This document shows, one piece after another, positions 1-12,044 of a stretch of 64,000 nt of DNA (position 1 is its first letter; every line of letters begins with the position of its first letter). The position numbers and the translations under genes were made by a program. This DNA comes from Octopus sinensis (Eukaryota): NCBI RefSeq assembly GCF_006345805.1, contig NC_043009.1, positions 48,670,001 through 48,734,000 on the forward strand, in the 5' to 3' direction. Below the pieces are notes generated by a model that searched no databases, had not been told where the DNA came from, and worked only from the letters and a program-made list of their open reading frames with translations.

Positions 1-733
1 TTTAACTGATGAGGATTCTAGCTGGTTATTTAACATAAATTGCTATTCATTGTATAATATGTACAACTAAATTTCATACATTGCTGTAACTTTTGCATAA
101 TTTGAATCAGTATGTTACAAACCCGGTTCTCTGATTAAAATTAAAGACCTCCCAACAAGTTTTCTTGTAGATCTTGTGTCACTCAGTGCATTATTCGAAT
201 TAAGTCTATTCGAAAAGTTTCTGCTCAATGCTCCCTGCACTGGGATTGAACTCGGGGGTCATTGATTGCTAAGTAACCTTTTTTTAACCAAGGGATTATT
301 GCATATTTTGACCTGAAACACCAACTCAGACAGTTACTGAGATTTTCAAAATCACGCACCTCAACAGCAGATTACTTTTTAAAATCCGTATTCGCTGTAT
401 TCGCGAAGCACAGAGAGAGAGAGAAGGGTTCAAAATATACTGATCTGATAGAAATATATCGAAACAACGGGTAATGGTGCGATCATTAATGTTCGATGCA
501 GAGAGTTCGCAGTATAGTCACGCTTAATACACTGCAGAATCTACATGATGCTGGGCATCACCAAGACCAGTATTATAACGACACTCAAACTGGATTCCGA
601 AGCATCAAACGTAGTTTCAGGATTTTCTGAAATTTACAACATGAGGTTGTAGAAATAACTATGGGTTGAGCAACTTCGCTTTTCTCATCGAGTAAGGGTA
701 TCATTCATTGACTAAGGTTTACCTCATTTTATC

Positions 734-803
<70 letters not shown>

Positions 804-846
804 TATATATAATATATATATATATATACACATGTATAAATAAATA

Positions 847-877
<31 letters not shown>

Positions 878-881
878 AACA

Positions 882-912
<31 letters not shown>

Positions 913-1140
913 TTACATACATGCATGTGCTCACGCTTATATATGAGTGTTAACTCGTATATGAATTTCATCTCTATATGCTTTGTGTATTCATTCTCAT
1001 GTGATGAATGCTTCCATAAAGGCTTTCGAAATCTTTGTCAACATAGATATCCACTCAAACTTAAGCATAAACTTAAGGCATGTACCAACATACCATGCCT
1101 GTGCATTGTGAGCTCCGTATCATTGTTGGATTTGAAGTCA

Positions 1141-1530
1141 TCTTTATATATATAAGTAAGGTTGTGTGTCTGTCTACTCCGATTTAGATTCCTAATTACT
1201 CCCACATTTTGCGGTGCAGTTTAACCAAAACCGGGTATCTTATAGTCGTGATTCATATCAGGCCCTTCTGGGTATTAGCGCGCGTCTACGATGAGTCTAC
1301 GATTTTAAAAATAATTTACCATCATTTTTTCCATTTTAATGCATATTTTTAAATATATGGGAAGTAACTCTCTAAAATGTCTACGATGAGTCAACGATTT
1401 AAAAAAAAATTACCATAATTTTTTTTTCCATTTTTAATGCATTTTTTGCTATTTTTTGGCTATAACTCTCTAAAAATGCTTTATAGTTATTTCTCTTACA
1501 AACCCGAGCAACGCCGGGCGATACTGCTTG
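1141..1530 (+). mobile_element. Non-autonomous Helitron-like element
   Basis: Sits between A(1140) and T(1531). 5' end TCTTTATATATATAA..GTGTGTCTGTC. 3' GC hairpin CCCG-AGCAACGC-CGGG followed by CTTG (variant of CTAG). Internal ~95-bp tandem duplication (GTCTACGATGAGTC at ~1285 and ~1379). Same 5' motif as the copy at 11689. Confidence 0.75.
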
Positions 1531-2529
1531 TATGATATAAAAAGTTCCATCTTTAAAATTTTTTATCAGTGAAAACCGATGTATCTCGAACTAGAACATC
1601 TTAATATTTCTCATGCTTTTAGAGTTTTATTTCAGAGAAATTTTATCTCTGTTTCTATCAGACCTAGCGAAATATAAAATATCAATGAATTGGCAAGTGA
1701 AATCATGGCAAACATAGACAAATCCCTAATACAACAATTTTAGAATTTCGCCAATTGAAACTGTAGCCATAGACAGAAGAATGAACTGATTTCTCTTATG
1801 TATCTAAATCTAAACTAAGTACCGTAAGATGTTATTCTCGCTTGAAGATCGTAATGGTGTGAAGTACCAATCAAACGAAAAAGAATTTAGTTTTATTAAG
1901 GAATATACATTACTTAACGCACATTCTTTCTGCTTTGTTGTAGCCTTTTCAAATGATTGTGATCCAATACGATCAAAAACAGTTTAGGCATCGTGATACA
2001 AATTGAACAAGGAATAGCTCATGCAAGGATGGCACGTTGAAACAGACTTGTAAACCAGTAGAACAATATATAATAAGCTAAGTAATATAACAAACCATAC
2101 TAGTAATGACTATGCAGAGAAAATGGCTTATAAAATTCCCAAGACATGGATAGGTGCAATTTTGATAAAGAAAATGTCGAATATCTTCAAAGTCTTCAAC
2201 AACACACAAACCACTGAAACGAATGTATTCATACTTTACATCCGATACCGTGTTTCTGACGTAATTGTTAGTACATATAAAAACGCATTCCAGCCACCCA
2301 CCTTTAATTACAAGGAGCCTAATTAGTAACATATGACGAATAACTCCATCATATCTTTTGATAAAATATTTAACGAAGTATCACCATGCTCTACTTCGCT
2401 TGTAAAAAAGAGCAGTTTGAAAGGAGGGTTAAAATACATAGCCAAATCTACAAATGCAAATTATAGAACAAATAAATCTAGAAAATTTAACAAAAGCGAA
2501 ATAATTCTGATTTTGGTAGCAATTTTAAG

Positions 2530-3270
2530 GAGTAAAGGCAAGTAGATATTTCGACCCAGTACATGAGTAGTACTTCATTTTATGGATCCTGTAAAGAAAA
2601 AAGGCAGAGTAAACCACGGCGGTATTTGAGCTGAGAACGAAAGAAATATCGCAATGTATTTCGTCCAACGCGTTAACAGCTATGCCAACTAGGCACCTTA
2701 GCGTAAAATTATAATTACAAGGCTTGAAATTTCCCGGGGAAAGCGCTACTCAAGCCCAGTGTTGTACTAGCCCATATTTTATTGACCCCGAAAGGATGAA
2801 GGGCAAAATCGAACACTGCGGAATTTGAACTCAGAACGTGATGCTGGAACGTTTTGTCCAGCGTGTTAAAGATTCTGCTTGCATCCCATCTTATCGTTTC
2901 AAACTTTGGCACAAAGCCAGCAATTTTGAAGCGACAGTTATCACATTGTCACTAGTACCTTATTTTATCGGCCCAGAAAAAGTGAAACGCAAAATTGACA
3001 TTGGTAAGATGTGAACTCAAATAATTTTTTTCTTGTTTGTTTTTTCGAAATTCTAACAATTCTACTTACTTGCTTCTACCACGAAAACTAAAATTAATTT
3101 TAATATAGTAAACGTTTTAGAGAGTTCAAACTACGCGAAGGTCAACTTTGCCTTTAATTCTTTCAAGGTCGATAAAATAAGTGCCATTTGAGCCCTGGGT
3201 TGATATGACGAACTTAGTCATTTCCATGGAATTGATGGCCTTGTGCCACAATCTGAAACCAATAAATTAA
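2530..3270. mobile_element. Cluster of degenerate family-A SINE fragments (three on -, one on +)
   Basis: Repeated degenerate matches to the family-A motifs GAACTCAGAACG, GACCCCGAAAGGATGAAGGGCAAA and GGTCAACTTTGCCTTT..GTCGATAAAATAAGT. Confidence 0.65.
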
Positions 3271-4139
3271 ACGCTTTTTTGCGTCTAAAATAGAGGCAAT
3301 TATTAGATGGTATTAGTTTGTCTTGAAACTCTGTAAATATAATTTTGATGTCCAACATACATAGAAATCCAGTAAGATGAAGTTCCTAGGAATATATGAA
3401 GCACAGAGTATGTCTTTGGAACACTTAATTTCGCAATTAGATGGGATAAATAGTTTGACTGTCTCATCTAATTATTTGCCTGTGAATGATACTGAAGTAT
3501 TTATTTAAACGATGACTGTTCACAAGGGAGTCTTTAGTATGTGTATACCTGAAAGGCTATAAATATAAACGGTTTTAATTTGCTGACAATTTTCAGGTTG
3601 ATAAATTTATGAGATTGTATGAATCATACAATTATATATACGCTTATACACATATACATACATACATACACATATAATATATATATATATAATATATATA
3701 ACATATACATATACAAACATATATATATAATATGAATTATTCATACACAACTATACACACACACATATATATATAATGCATACATGTATATATATACGCA
3801 TACATGTATATATATATATTTATATATATACATGTATGTATGTACATATATATGTATATATATACATATATATACATGCATACACATACACACAATTACA
3901 TATATGTATGTGTGTGTTTATGTATGTTTGGAGTTTTATGCACAATTAACATTTATATAATTGCAGAGCTATGGTCAACTAGAGAAATAGGGTGAGAATT
4001 CACTAACACAATGTTTCTCGCAGATGATTGAACTCGGAACGCTATGGTTGCGATGCAAAATTTCTTCACCGCAGAGTTGTGTTCTATTCAGATAAATGTC
4101 TCTTATATCACAACTGAATTGCTAAATATTAATACTTAA

Positions 4140-4760
4140 ACCACCACCACCACTATAATCACTACTATTACCACTTCTATCGTCAGCACCACCATTGCCA
4201 TCACCACCACCACCAAGACTATCCTCTCCATCATCATAAGCTGCGCCGTTACAACCACTACTATCACCACCTGTAGCACCACACCTATCACCACCGCAAC
4301 AACAACTACTACCTTCGCTCCTACCATCCTCACTACTGCCACCACCATCACCATTACACAACTACCACCATTATCAACAATATCACTATAGCTACCACGA
4401 ATACGAACACCGTCACCATTACTACCGCCATCAATATTACCAAGACCATCACCACCTCCACCATCACCGCAACAACAACAACTACTACCTTCACTACTAC
4501 CATCCTCGCTACTACCACAACCATCACCACCATCACCACCATCACCACCACCACCATTACACAACTGCCACCAATATCAACAATATCACTATAGCTACCA
4601 CGAATACGAACACCATCACCATTACCACCGCCATCAATATTACCAAGACTACCACCACCACCACCACCACCACCACCACCACCAATACAAATATTAATAC
4701 TATCACCACTACCATCATCACCACAACCAGCATCTCTAATATCACCAGCAGCCGCAGTGC
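4140..4760. repeat. (CAC/CAT/CAA)-rich low-complexity tract with ~203-bp tandem duplication
   Basis: Anchor CCATTACACAACT at 4351 and 4554; ATATCACTATAGCTACCACGAATACGAACACC occurs twice. Confidence 0.8.
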
Positions 4761-5204
4761 CACCATTAACTTCAATGCTTACCCACACCAACAACAATAC
4801 TCCCGAACTGCTTTGATCAAAGAAAATTTCATCTGCCAATTTGATGGCCATGGTTATAACCTTCATGCTACAAGAAGCCTGTCAAATAAGTAATATTTTC
4901 ACGAGCCAAAGTTTTGTTGCAGTTGCTGTTGTTTATTGGCAGGTCATCCTTGTAGAAGGATTTGTCGTCAAATGTCTTCCATCCGTGACTCTTGTGTCTT
5001 TTTTCTTCGATGCAATACATGCTTCAAATCTTCCATAAGCTACAAATCCATAAGCAAGTAAAACCCTTTCAAGGATTAGAAATACAATAAAGGGACACCC
5101 ATGCAATATCTATTCATGTATGGTATAATGCATACGATAAAATTACACCATAGACTAAGAAACCAAACGTTCCCTTAATAATTTTGACCCTACAAGATCT
5201 AACA

Positions 5205-6025
5205 TAAGTGGCACTCCTTCGCTTTAGACGATGGGTATTGAAGTTCATCCCATCCTCGAAAGAACATTCTGCTAATGACAGTAACATATAAGTGGTTGAG
5301 CACTCCAAAGACACCTGTGCCCTTAATGTCATTTTCAGGGAGATCCAAAGGTGATACAGAATGCGACAAGGCTGTCCCTTTGAAATGCAAGTACAACTGA
5401 GCACTCCACATGCGAGTGGCTGAGCACTCCACAGACACCTGTGCCCTTAATGTCATTCTCAGGGAGATCCAAAGATGATAGAGAATGCGATGAGGCTGGC
5501 CCTTTGAAATACAATTACAATTGAGCACTCCACATGCAAGTGGCTGAGCACTCCACAGACACATGTGCCCTTAATGTCATTCTCAGGGAGATCCAAAGGT
5601 GATAGTGAATGCGACAAGGCTGGCCCTTTGAAATGCAAGTACAACTGAGCACTCCACATGCAAGTGGCTGAGCACTCCACAGACACATGTGCCCTTAATG
5701 TCATTCTCAGGGAGATCCAAAGGTGATAGTGAATGCGACAAGGCTGGTCCTTTGAAATGCAAGTACAACTGAGCACTCCACATGCAAGTGACTGAGCACT
5801 CCTTAGGCATGTGTACCCTCAACGTACGTCTGGGGAAGATCCAACATGACAGAGAATGTGAAAAGGCCGGCCCTCTGAAATACGAATATAACTCACTTTT
5901 GCCACCTGAGTGGACTGGAGCAACGCGAAATAAAGTGCCTTTCTCCAGGACACAAAGCGCAGCTGGGAATCGAACTAACGATCTTACGATCGTGAGCTGA
6001 ATACCTTAAATACCTAGCCAAGTGC
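5205..6025 (-). mobile_element. tRNA-derived SINE (family C) with internally amplified segment
   Basis: On -: degenerate A box TGGCTAGGTATT and B box AGTTCGATTCC near 5965-6020, then central CCAGTCCACTCAG motif. Body and tail match copies at 13300-13570 and 32180-32315. Confidence 0.75.
5291..5800. repeat. 124-bp minisatellite, 4 full units plus start of a fifth
   Basis: Anchor AGTG(G/A) at 5291, 5415, 5539, 5663 and 5787 (exact 124-bp period). Each unit contains TGAGCACTCC twice. Confidence 0.95.
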
Positions 6026-7876
6026 CTACTAAGACCTAGAATTTTAGTGAAGGACAACTTAGAACCACGATGAAAAAATGGCATAGATGGATCACAGTTA
6101 TCAACAAGTACACTAAGCATGTACAACCCATCCACCGCTGCCTAATATATATCGTTAAGGTTTCGACACCTGAGTGGTACCATTCAATCGGCGGTGTCAA
6201 CAGCTTTAACAACATAAGCACTGCGTCACAATTAATTGACAGGAAGCAAGGGCGAAACATTAGTGCAATATGTCTATTATGTGTGCATCTACTTATTGTT
6301 ACAAAATACAGATACGAACAATTAATCTCAACCACAAATCGTTACACACACAGAAATAGCTTCGAAACATAAAAATTACAAATAAAATATAGAAAACAAG
6401 AGAAGTATTACCAAAATGGACATTGCTATCCCATGAACTATAGAACTTAAAAATCATAGAACATTAAAATAAAATAGTCAACTAAATGTACGATTACTAT
6501 ATATTATAAATTGTCTCTCTTTTTACTGCAAGACATAAAATGAAAGCGATTCGGTTACTATATCTAGCTAACGCAGCGGCCTCATACAGTAATATTATTG
6601 TTGTTGGGTAGTGATGGAGGAGGAGAGGTTTTCATATTAAATTTTTGATGAGATTTCCATTTATTTTTTTGTTTTACTTGTGTTTTTGTTAGTTTGTATG
6701 ATTTTTTTGTTTGTTTGTAGGTTAAAGTGAAACTACCGGAAGTGTCTTAAAATACGTCCTTTAATGCCCGGCAATTTCCGAGTATCAGACGGACTGATCG
6801 TGGACTGAGGAGGATACTAGGAGTAGAGAACAAATAGAGAGAGACACAGGAAATTAGAAGAGTGGAGGTGGGGAGAGGAATTAAAGATAAACACTTAACG
6901 TTGTGAGGGAAAACATATTTCACGGATGTTGGTAGAGTGGTGTTAAAGACTACGGCTTAGTATGGATGCTGTTGCTGTTGTTGCTGTTAGTAGTAGTGGT
7001 CGTAGTATAAGTGGTGGTGTGGAGCGGTGATGATGTGTGCGTGCTGTAGTATTTGTTGTCTGGTCCTAATATTATAAGCTGTTAAGTCTTATTAGTGGTG
7101 GTATTGATGGCTGCGGTGCAGCTAAATTCTTGTGGTGGTGGAGGTGGAGGTAACGGCCATGATAGTGATGAAAGTAGTTATGGTGGCTCTGGGGTGGGGG
7201 TGATAATAGTGTGACCTGTAGTCATGACAGTGGTAGTGCTAGTGGCATTGGTGATGGCTGTAATGAACAGTCGTGTTGGTAGTGGTCATGGCAGTGATGA
7301 ATTTGTTGGTACTGAACCAGCAGTAGTTGTGTGGATGGCATGGATGAACGCTTAGGTTAGCTGTGACGGAAGTAGCGGTGGTGGTTGTGGTAGTAGTAAT
7401 AATAGTAGTAGTTGTTGCTGTAGACGTTGTGGTGGTAGTAGAGACCTTAATTCGTGATGTGTGGGGGTTGGACTCTAGGAGAATGTAAAAAAGTGACGTA
7501 GTTGGGATGGATCGTATGCACAAACTAATTGATATCTAATTAAACTTGCATACATCCTCTTAATTAGTAAATTAGTAAAAGGCTGAATTTAATATATTTA
7601 TCAGAATTGTCTTGTGTCTAGAGTCACACCGCACTGAAGAGTACCAAAATGTGTAAAATCGAGCTATTTTTGGTTACCGAGACCACAAGAATAAAAAAGA
7701 ATCTAGGATTTTTTGTGTACCCCACCACACACACAAGAAGAGAGAAAAACCAAACGAAGAAAAGAATTAAAAGCTGTCTAAGTTAAGAAATATTTACAAA
7801 GGATTTCCAAATTTGTCTGATGGCATATTTCCTACTAGGTTCATACTATGTAATTATATATATGTGTGTGTGTGTG

Positions 7877-8530
7877 TGTATTCTCCGCTTCATTCTTAAT
7901 CTCAACCACCAACTCCACAATTTCCTCACACACACAAAAAACAAAAAACTCCACCACCTTCTCAACCCTTCACCCCCTTCCCCTTCCCCATCCACCCCTC
8001 CTGCTCCGCCAACTCCCTCCATTCCCGCACCCACCACCCCATCCCCCCTTCCCCGTCCACGGACCCACACACACCCCACCCTGACCTTCCTACGCCTAAC
8101 CCATCTTCACCCAACCATCCCTACCCTCCTCCTTACACCTCTGCACCCCCTCTCTTCCTGACCCCAGTCATCCCACCACTCCGCTTCCTCGCACTGTTAT
8201 CACTATACCCCCCAATCCCCCCCTCTCCGCTGCCGAGCGCTCTCTCCTCAGTAAGGGACTCCGCTTCACGCCACTCACGCGTCACTGTGATGAGTTCGAG
8301 ACTCGGACCGACGTCAACTCCCTTTTCAGTATGTGACCTAGTGAAGACCACTTGCATTTTTTCCCCTCTGTCCTCCCACCTCGGGATCTTTCTTTCTCCT
8401 ATGTTTCCGACGAAGAGATCCGCTCGAAACGTCATACCCTCCTTCTTCCCTTCTTTCCTGAGCGTCCAATAATACTTTATTTGTTCCACATCCTCGCGTT
8501 GTTGTCTTTTTGTTTTCTTGTTTGGATTAA
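7877..8530 (+). mobile_element. Penelope-like element, internally deleted (ORF N-terminal part joined to 3' terminus)
   Basis: Translations LNLNHQLHNFLTHTKNKKLHHLL and RTVITIPPNPPLSAAERSLLSKGLRFTP..DEFETRTDVNSLF resemble the PLE pre-RT motif V.TIP..L.LS..E.S.LSKGL.F.P. Terminal motif GACGAAGAG..CTCGAAACGTC at 8407-8433. Confidence 0.75.
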
Positions 8531-8549
8531 CTTTATATATATATATATA

Positions 8550-9754
8550 TCAGGTCATTGCGAATGAAATGTCCGATTTGGAATTAAAAGTTTATTTTAC
8601 TTCATCTCAACAAAAAGCAATGCAGTTAATCAAAGTATGCACCTAAATTATCAACACAATTTTGCTATTTTATCGGTAGGTTATTTATGCTGGCAGCGAA
8701 GAGGTGATGAAATCACGAAAGGTTATTTTTGCATCTTCTTCAGATTTGAAGATTTTTCCTTGCATAATATATGGAAAGCTTGATAGTCAGTCGGTGCAAA
8801 GTGTGGTGAATATGGTGGATGACAGAGTACTTCCAAATTCAGTTCCTGTAACTTGAGTAGCGTTCTTTGTGCAACATGTTGTCGAACATTCTCTTGCAAG
8901 AGAATTGGCTTGTCTTTAGTTACCAATCTCAGTTGTTTAATTCCAAATTCACTCATCATTTCATCCAATTGCTTGATGTATACATCCACTATAATTGACT
9001 CACCAAGTCTCATTAAGCTGTAGTGGATGACACCAGTGCTGGACCACCAAACAGACACGATTAGATTTTTTTGGTGAATTTTCTTTTTTGGGTTGTGTTT
9101 TGACCCTTTGTCTCTATCCAACCACCGTTGAAAAGAATCCATTTTTCATCACACTAAATACAATGCTAAAATGGTTCGCTTTTATGCCGTGACAGCAAAG
9201 AACAGGTAGTTTCAAGACGACGTGTCATTTGATGCTCGTTCAGTTTGTGTGGTACCCACTTGTCCAGCTTCTTTAACTTTCCGATGGTCCAATACAGTCG
9301 AAATCGAAACATCAAGCCCTGCTCATAACTCACGCGTAGTTTGAGATGTTACCGCTTCCACTACAGTCTCCAGCTCATCATTATTCACCTTGGTCTCAGA
9401 TCTACCACGGGGCAGATTTTCAAGGGTAAAGTCACCAGACCGGAACTTCTCAAGCCATCGACGTAGAGTGCGCTCATACGCTACCTCTTCACCAAACACC
9501 TCAATAATGTTTCGATCTGTCTGGGATGCATTGATTCCACGCCAAACAACACGAATTTTTTTATATATTCATAGATTCACAAAAATTGATTTACAAGTGA
9601 AAACTCACAATACGATCAGACACCATGAATTGCATTTTCAAAACTGATGATGTAACTCTTCAATGTTGTAAAACAAAGTATTATCAGGATAAAACATTAG
9701 AGTTGACGACTGTCAAACTTGGTGCAATCGGACATTTCATTCTTAATGACCTGA
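8550..9754 (-). mobile_element. Full-length dead mariner (Tc1/mariner) transposon
   Basis: ~28-bp TIRs TCAGGTCATT(GC/AA)GAATGAAATGTCCGATT at 8550-8578 and 9726-9754 (2 mismatches), flanked by TA repeats. Transposase motifs on -: RTLRRWLEKFRSGDF, KWVPHKL, VWWSSTGVIHY, HPPYSPHFAPTDY. Stops and frameshifts present. Confidence 0.95.
8723..9142 (-). pseudogene. Mariner transposase catalytic-domain remnant
   Basis: ORF-track protein contains PILLQENVRQH and LCHPPYSPHFAPTDY, matching the mariner LLHDNARPH and HPPYSPDLAPSDY motifs with the catalytic Asp residues altered. Confidence 0.9.
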
Positions 9755-9773
9755 TATATATATATATATATAT

Positions 9774-9904
9774 ATTTATTATATAGAAGGAGCTTCTACA
9801 GGACTAGTACTGTTTCATTCAAGAGAAATCTTCAGGAAGCTTCCTGAAGATTTCTCTTGATGAAACAGTACTAGTCCTGTAGAAGCTCCTTCTATATAAT
9901 AAAT
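9774..9904. repeat. 131-bp spacer-less palindrome, probably a PLE terminus plus its inverted copy
   Basis: Left arm 9774-9839 is the reverse complement of 9840-9904 apart from one extra T. Centre is AAG|CTT. Confidence 0.95.
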
Positions 9905-10062
9905 TAATTTTACTCTGCTATGTATTGAGTACCTTACTTACTGTGGTTAACCCCGAATCAACCCGGGACCTACATATATTATATATATATATATATAATA
10001 TATATAAATATATAATATATATATATATATAAATATATATATATATAAATATATATATATAT

Positions 10063-10495
10063 ACTCTTTTACTCTTTTATTTGTTTCAGTCATTTGACTG
10101 CAGCCACGCTGGGGCACCGCCTTTAGTTGAGCAAATCGACGCTAGGACTTATCCTTTGTAAGCCTAGTACTTATTTTATCGGTCTCTTTTGCCGGACTGC
10201 TAAGTTACGGGAACGTAAACGCACTAGCATCGGTTGTCAAGTGATGGGGGGTGGGGGCTAACAGAAAAATAAACATACACACACACACACGCACACATAT
10301 ATATGATAGATCGGTAGCCACTACACACTTTTTCTCTCTTTTTTTCTCTCCTTGTTTTTTTCTGTGTCCCTTTCTGTAGAAGAGCGTAGGCTCGAAACGT
10401 AAAAGACCTTTTCAATTCCTGAGCGCTATACTAATACATCTGTTTGTTTTGTACACCATCTGTCTTCGTCTTCTTTGCTTTTTTCGTGAACTCCC

Positions 10496-10572
<77 letters not shown>

Positions 10573-10622
10573 CGACGGGCTTCTTTCCGTCTACCAAATC
10601 CCCTCACAAGGCCTTGGTCGGC
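10063..10622 (-). mobile_element. Family-B SINE (tail 10063-10265, truncated head 10572-10622) with a PLE-type terminus (~10310-10497) in its linker
   Basis: Tail motifs CAGTCATTTGACTGC, GTCAAGTGATGGGG; head motif GACGGGCTTCTTTCCGTCTACCAAATCC. Intervening GAAGAGCGTAGGCTCGAAACGTAAAAG. Confidence 0.7.
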
Positions 10623-11239
10623 TGTTGTTGCGCTTGTTTATAATTTATAATTTCATCGTCGTTTTCTGCTATTATTGCATCCATATCTCATATGACAACA
10701 ATATCGACGTTTTCGTCATTATTAACGTCTTTCTTAGTTCTGAATATTTGTTGTTTACTCGTATTTTAGCGGGTGTTGCTCTTATTAATTATGTTAACTT
10801 GTTACTGTTTTTTTTTTTCAAATGACCTTGTTGCTACGATTATTGTTGTGATTACTGTTTATTGTTGTTGCTGTCACAGTTAATGTATATTATCATTGCT
10901 ACTGTTGTTGTTGTTGTTAGTGAAATATTCATCGTTGTCCTCGTTGTCATCGTTGACAAATACAATTCTGATTTATCTGATAGTTTCACCTAACTTTTCA
11001 ATACATTTCCAAACACTTACAAAGTTTTCTGATGTTAGTAAAGAGCTTTCTTGGTTACTATAGCTGTTCTTCCAGAGGTTATAACGTCTACAGTGTTTCC
11101 CTGGAGGTATTTCCTGAGTCTGTTTACATTTCGCAGTATTTTTGGCAGTTCAACCAATCCAATCCAATCAATAAATGACAAGGCAATCTCACATGACATA
11201 CAATACTTACTTCTGTAGGTATTATCTACATCACACTGT

Positions 11240-11495
11240 TGTCCATCCTGATCAAATTGTTGTTGATGTTTAATCCATCCACAACCACAATATCAGCTTT
11301 CATCAGGGTCACCTATAACCAAAAGCGTTCCACCAACGACCGTCCTGTCTTTTTCAGACGTAGTTTATCAAGGGCCTCATTAACCAATGTTAAATACTTG
11401 CTTCTGTTTACAGCCTACATCTCACCTTTTAGTGATAAGAAGATTGGATGAGATTTTGGCAGACATTTAGCTACTATATCTAGCAGATTGACCCA
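11240..11495 (-). mobile_element. Family-E interspersed repeat (SINE-like tail)
   Basis: On - reads CTGCTAGATATAGTAGCTAAAT..CATTGGTTAATG..CTGAAAAAGACAGG..AACATCAACAACAA. Homologous to 39130-39300 and 41060-41275. Confidence 0.55.
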
Positions 11496-11505
11496 TCGAG
11501 TGGAG

Positions 11506-12044
11506 CAGTGTTTCTCAACCATTTTATACCTATGGAACCCTTTGATTCCTATTTCCCCTGGATATAAGCTCCTAACCATTATATGCTTCAAAAACAATCA
11601 TATCATTATGATTAAATATCAAATAGGAATTGCATTTAAAAAAAAATGTTGAAATTATTTTGCGTATCGTTGAAATATAACCAATTTATCTTTATATATA
11701 TAAAACTGAGAATGTGTGTGTGTGTGTGTGTGTGTGTGTCTGTCTGTGTGTTTCCCTAAAACTTGAGAACTACACAATCAATTTCATTCAAATTTTACAT
11801 ATGCTTTACTTAGGGTCCGGGGAGTGTCATCGGCAAAAACAATCTTAACTTTTTGCCTAGGGCGAGCCCACAGCAATAACATATCTTCTCCACTACGATT
11901 CCCTAAAACTTGAGAACTACACAACCAATTTCATTCACTATGACCTGGCAACGACGGGTCTTTAATGCTAGTTACATATAAACTTTAACCACAAATTCTT
12001 ATACGGACCCCAAGGGCCATATAGATCTCGGTTGAGAACCATTG
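11506..12044. mobile_element. hAT (Charlie-like) MITE
   Basis: 15-bp TIRs CAGTGTTTCTCAACC (11506) and GGTTGAGAACCATTG (ends 12044). Right flank ATGTAGAG resembles the Charlie target NTCTAGAN. TSD degenerate (5/8). Confidence 0.75.
11689..11971 (+). mobile_element. Non-autonomous Helitron nested in the hAT MITE
   Basis: A|TC 5' junction (11688/11689), TCTTTATATATATAAAA then (TG)n. 3' hairpin GACC-TGGCAACGACG-GGTC then CTAG|T (11971/11972). No TSD. Confidence 0.85.

Noticed and set aside
2078-2545. Protein-like ORFs on both strands (also 6036-6372, 58672-58908, 63189-63695)
   Set aside because: No recognisable domain and no consistent splice chain. Lengths are within chance expectation for this much sequence.
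11230-11400. LMKADIVVVD peptide resembling a restriction-like endonuclease PD motif
   Set aside because: The DNA aligns with the family-E tail, so the peptide similarity is coincidental.
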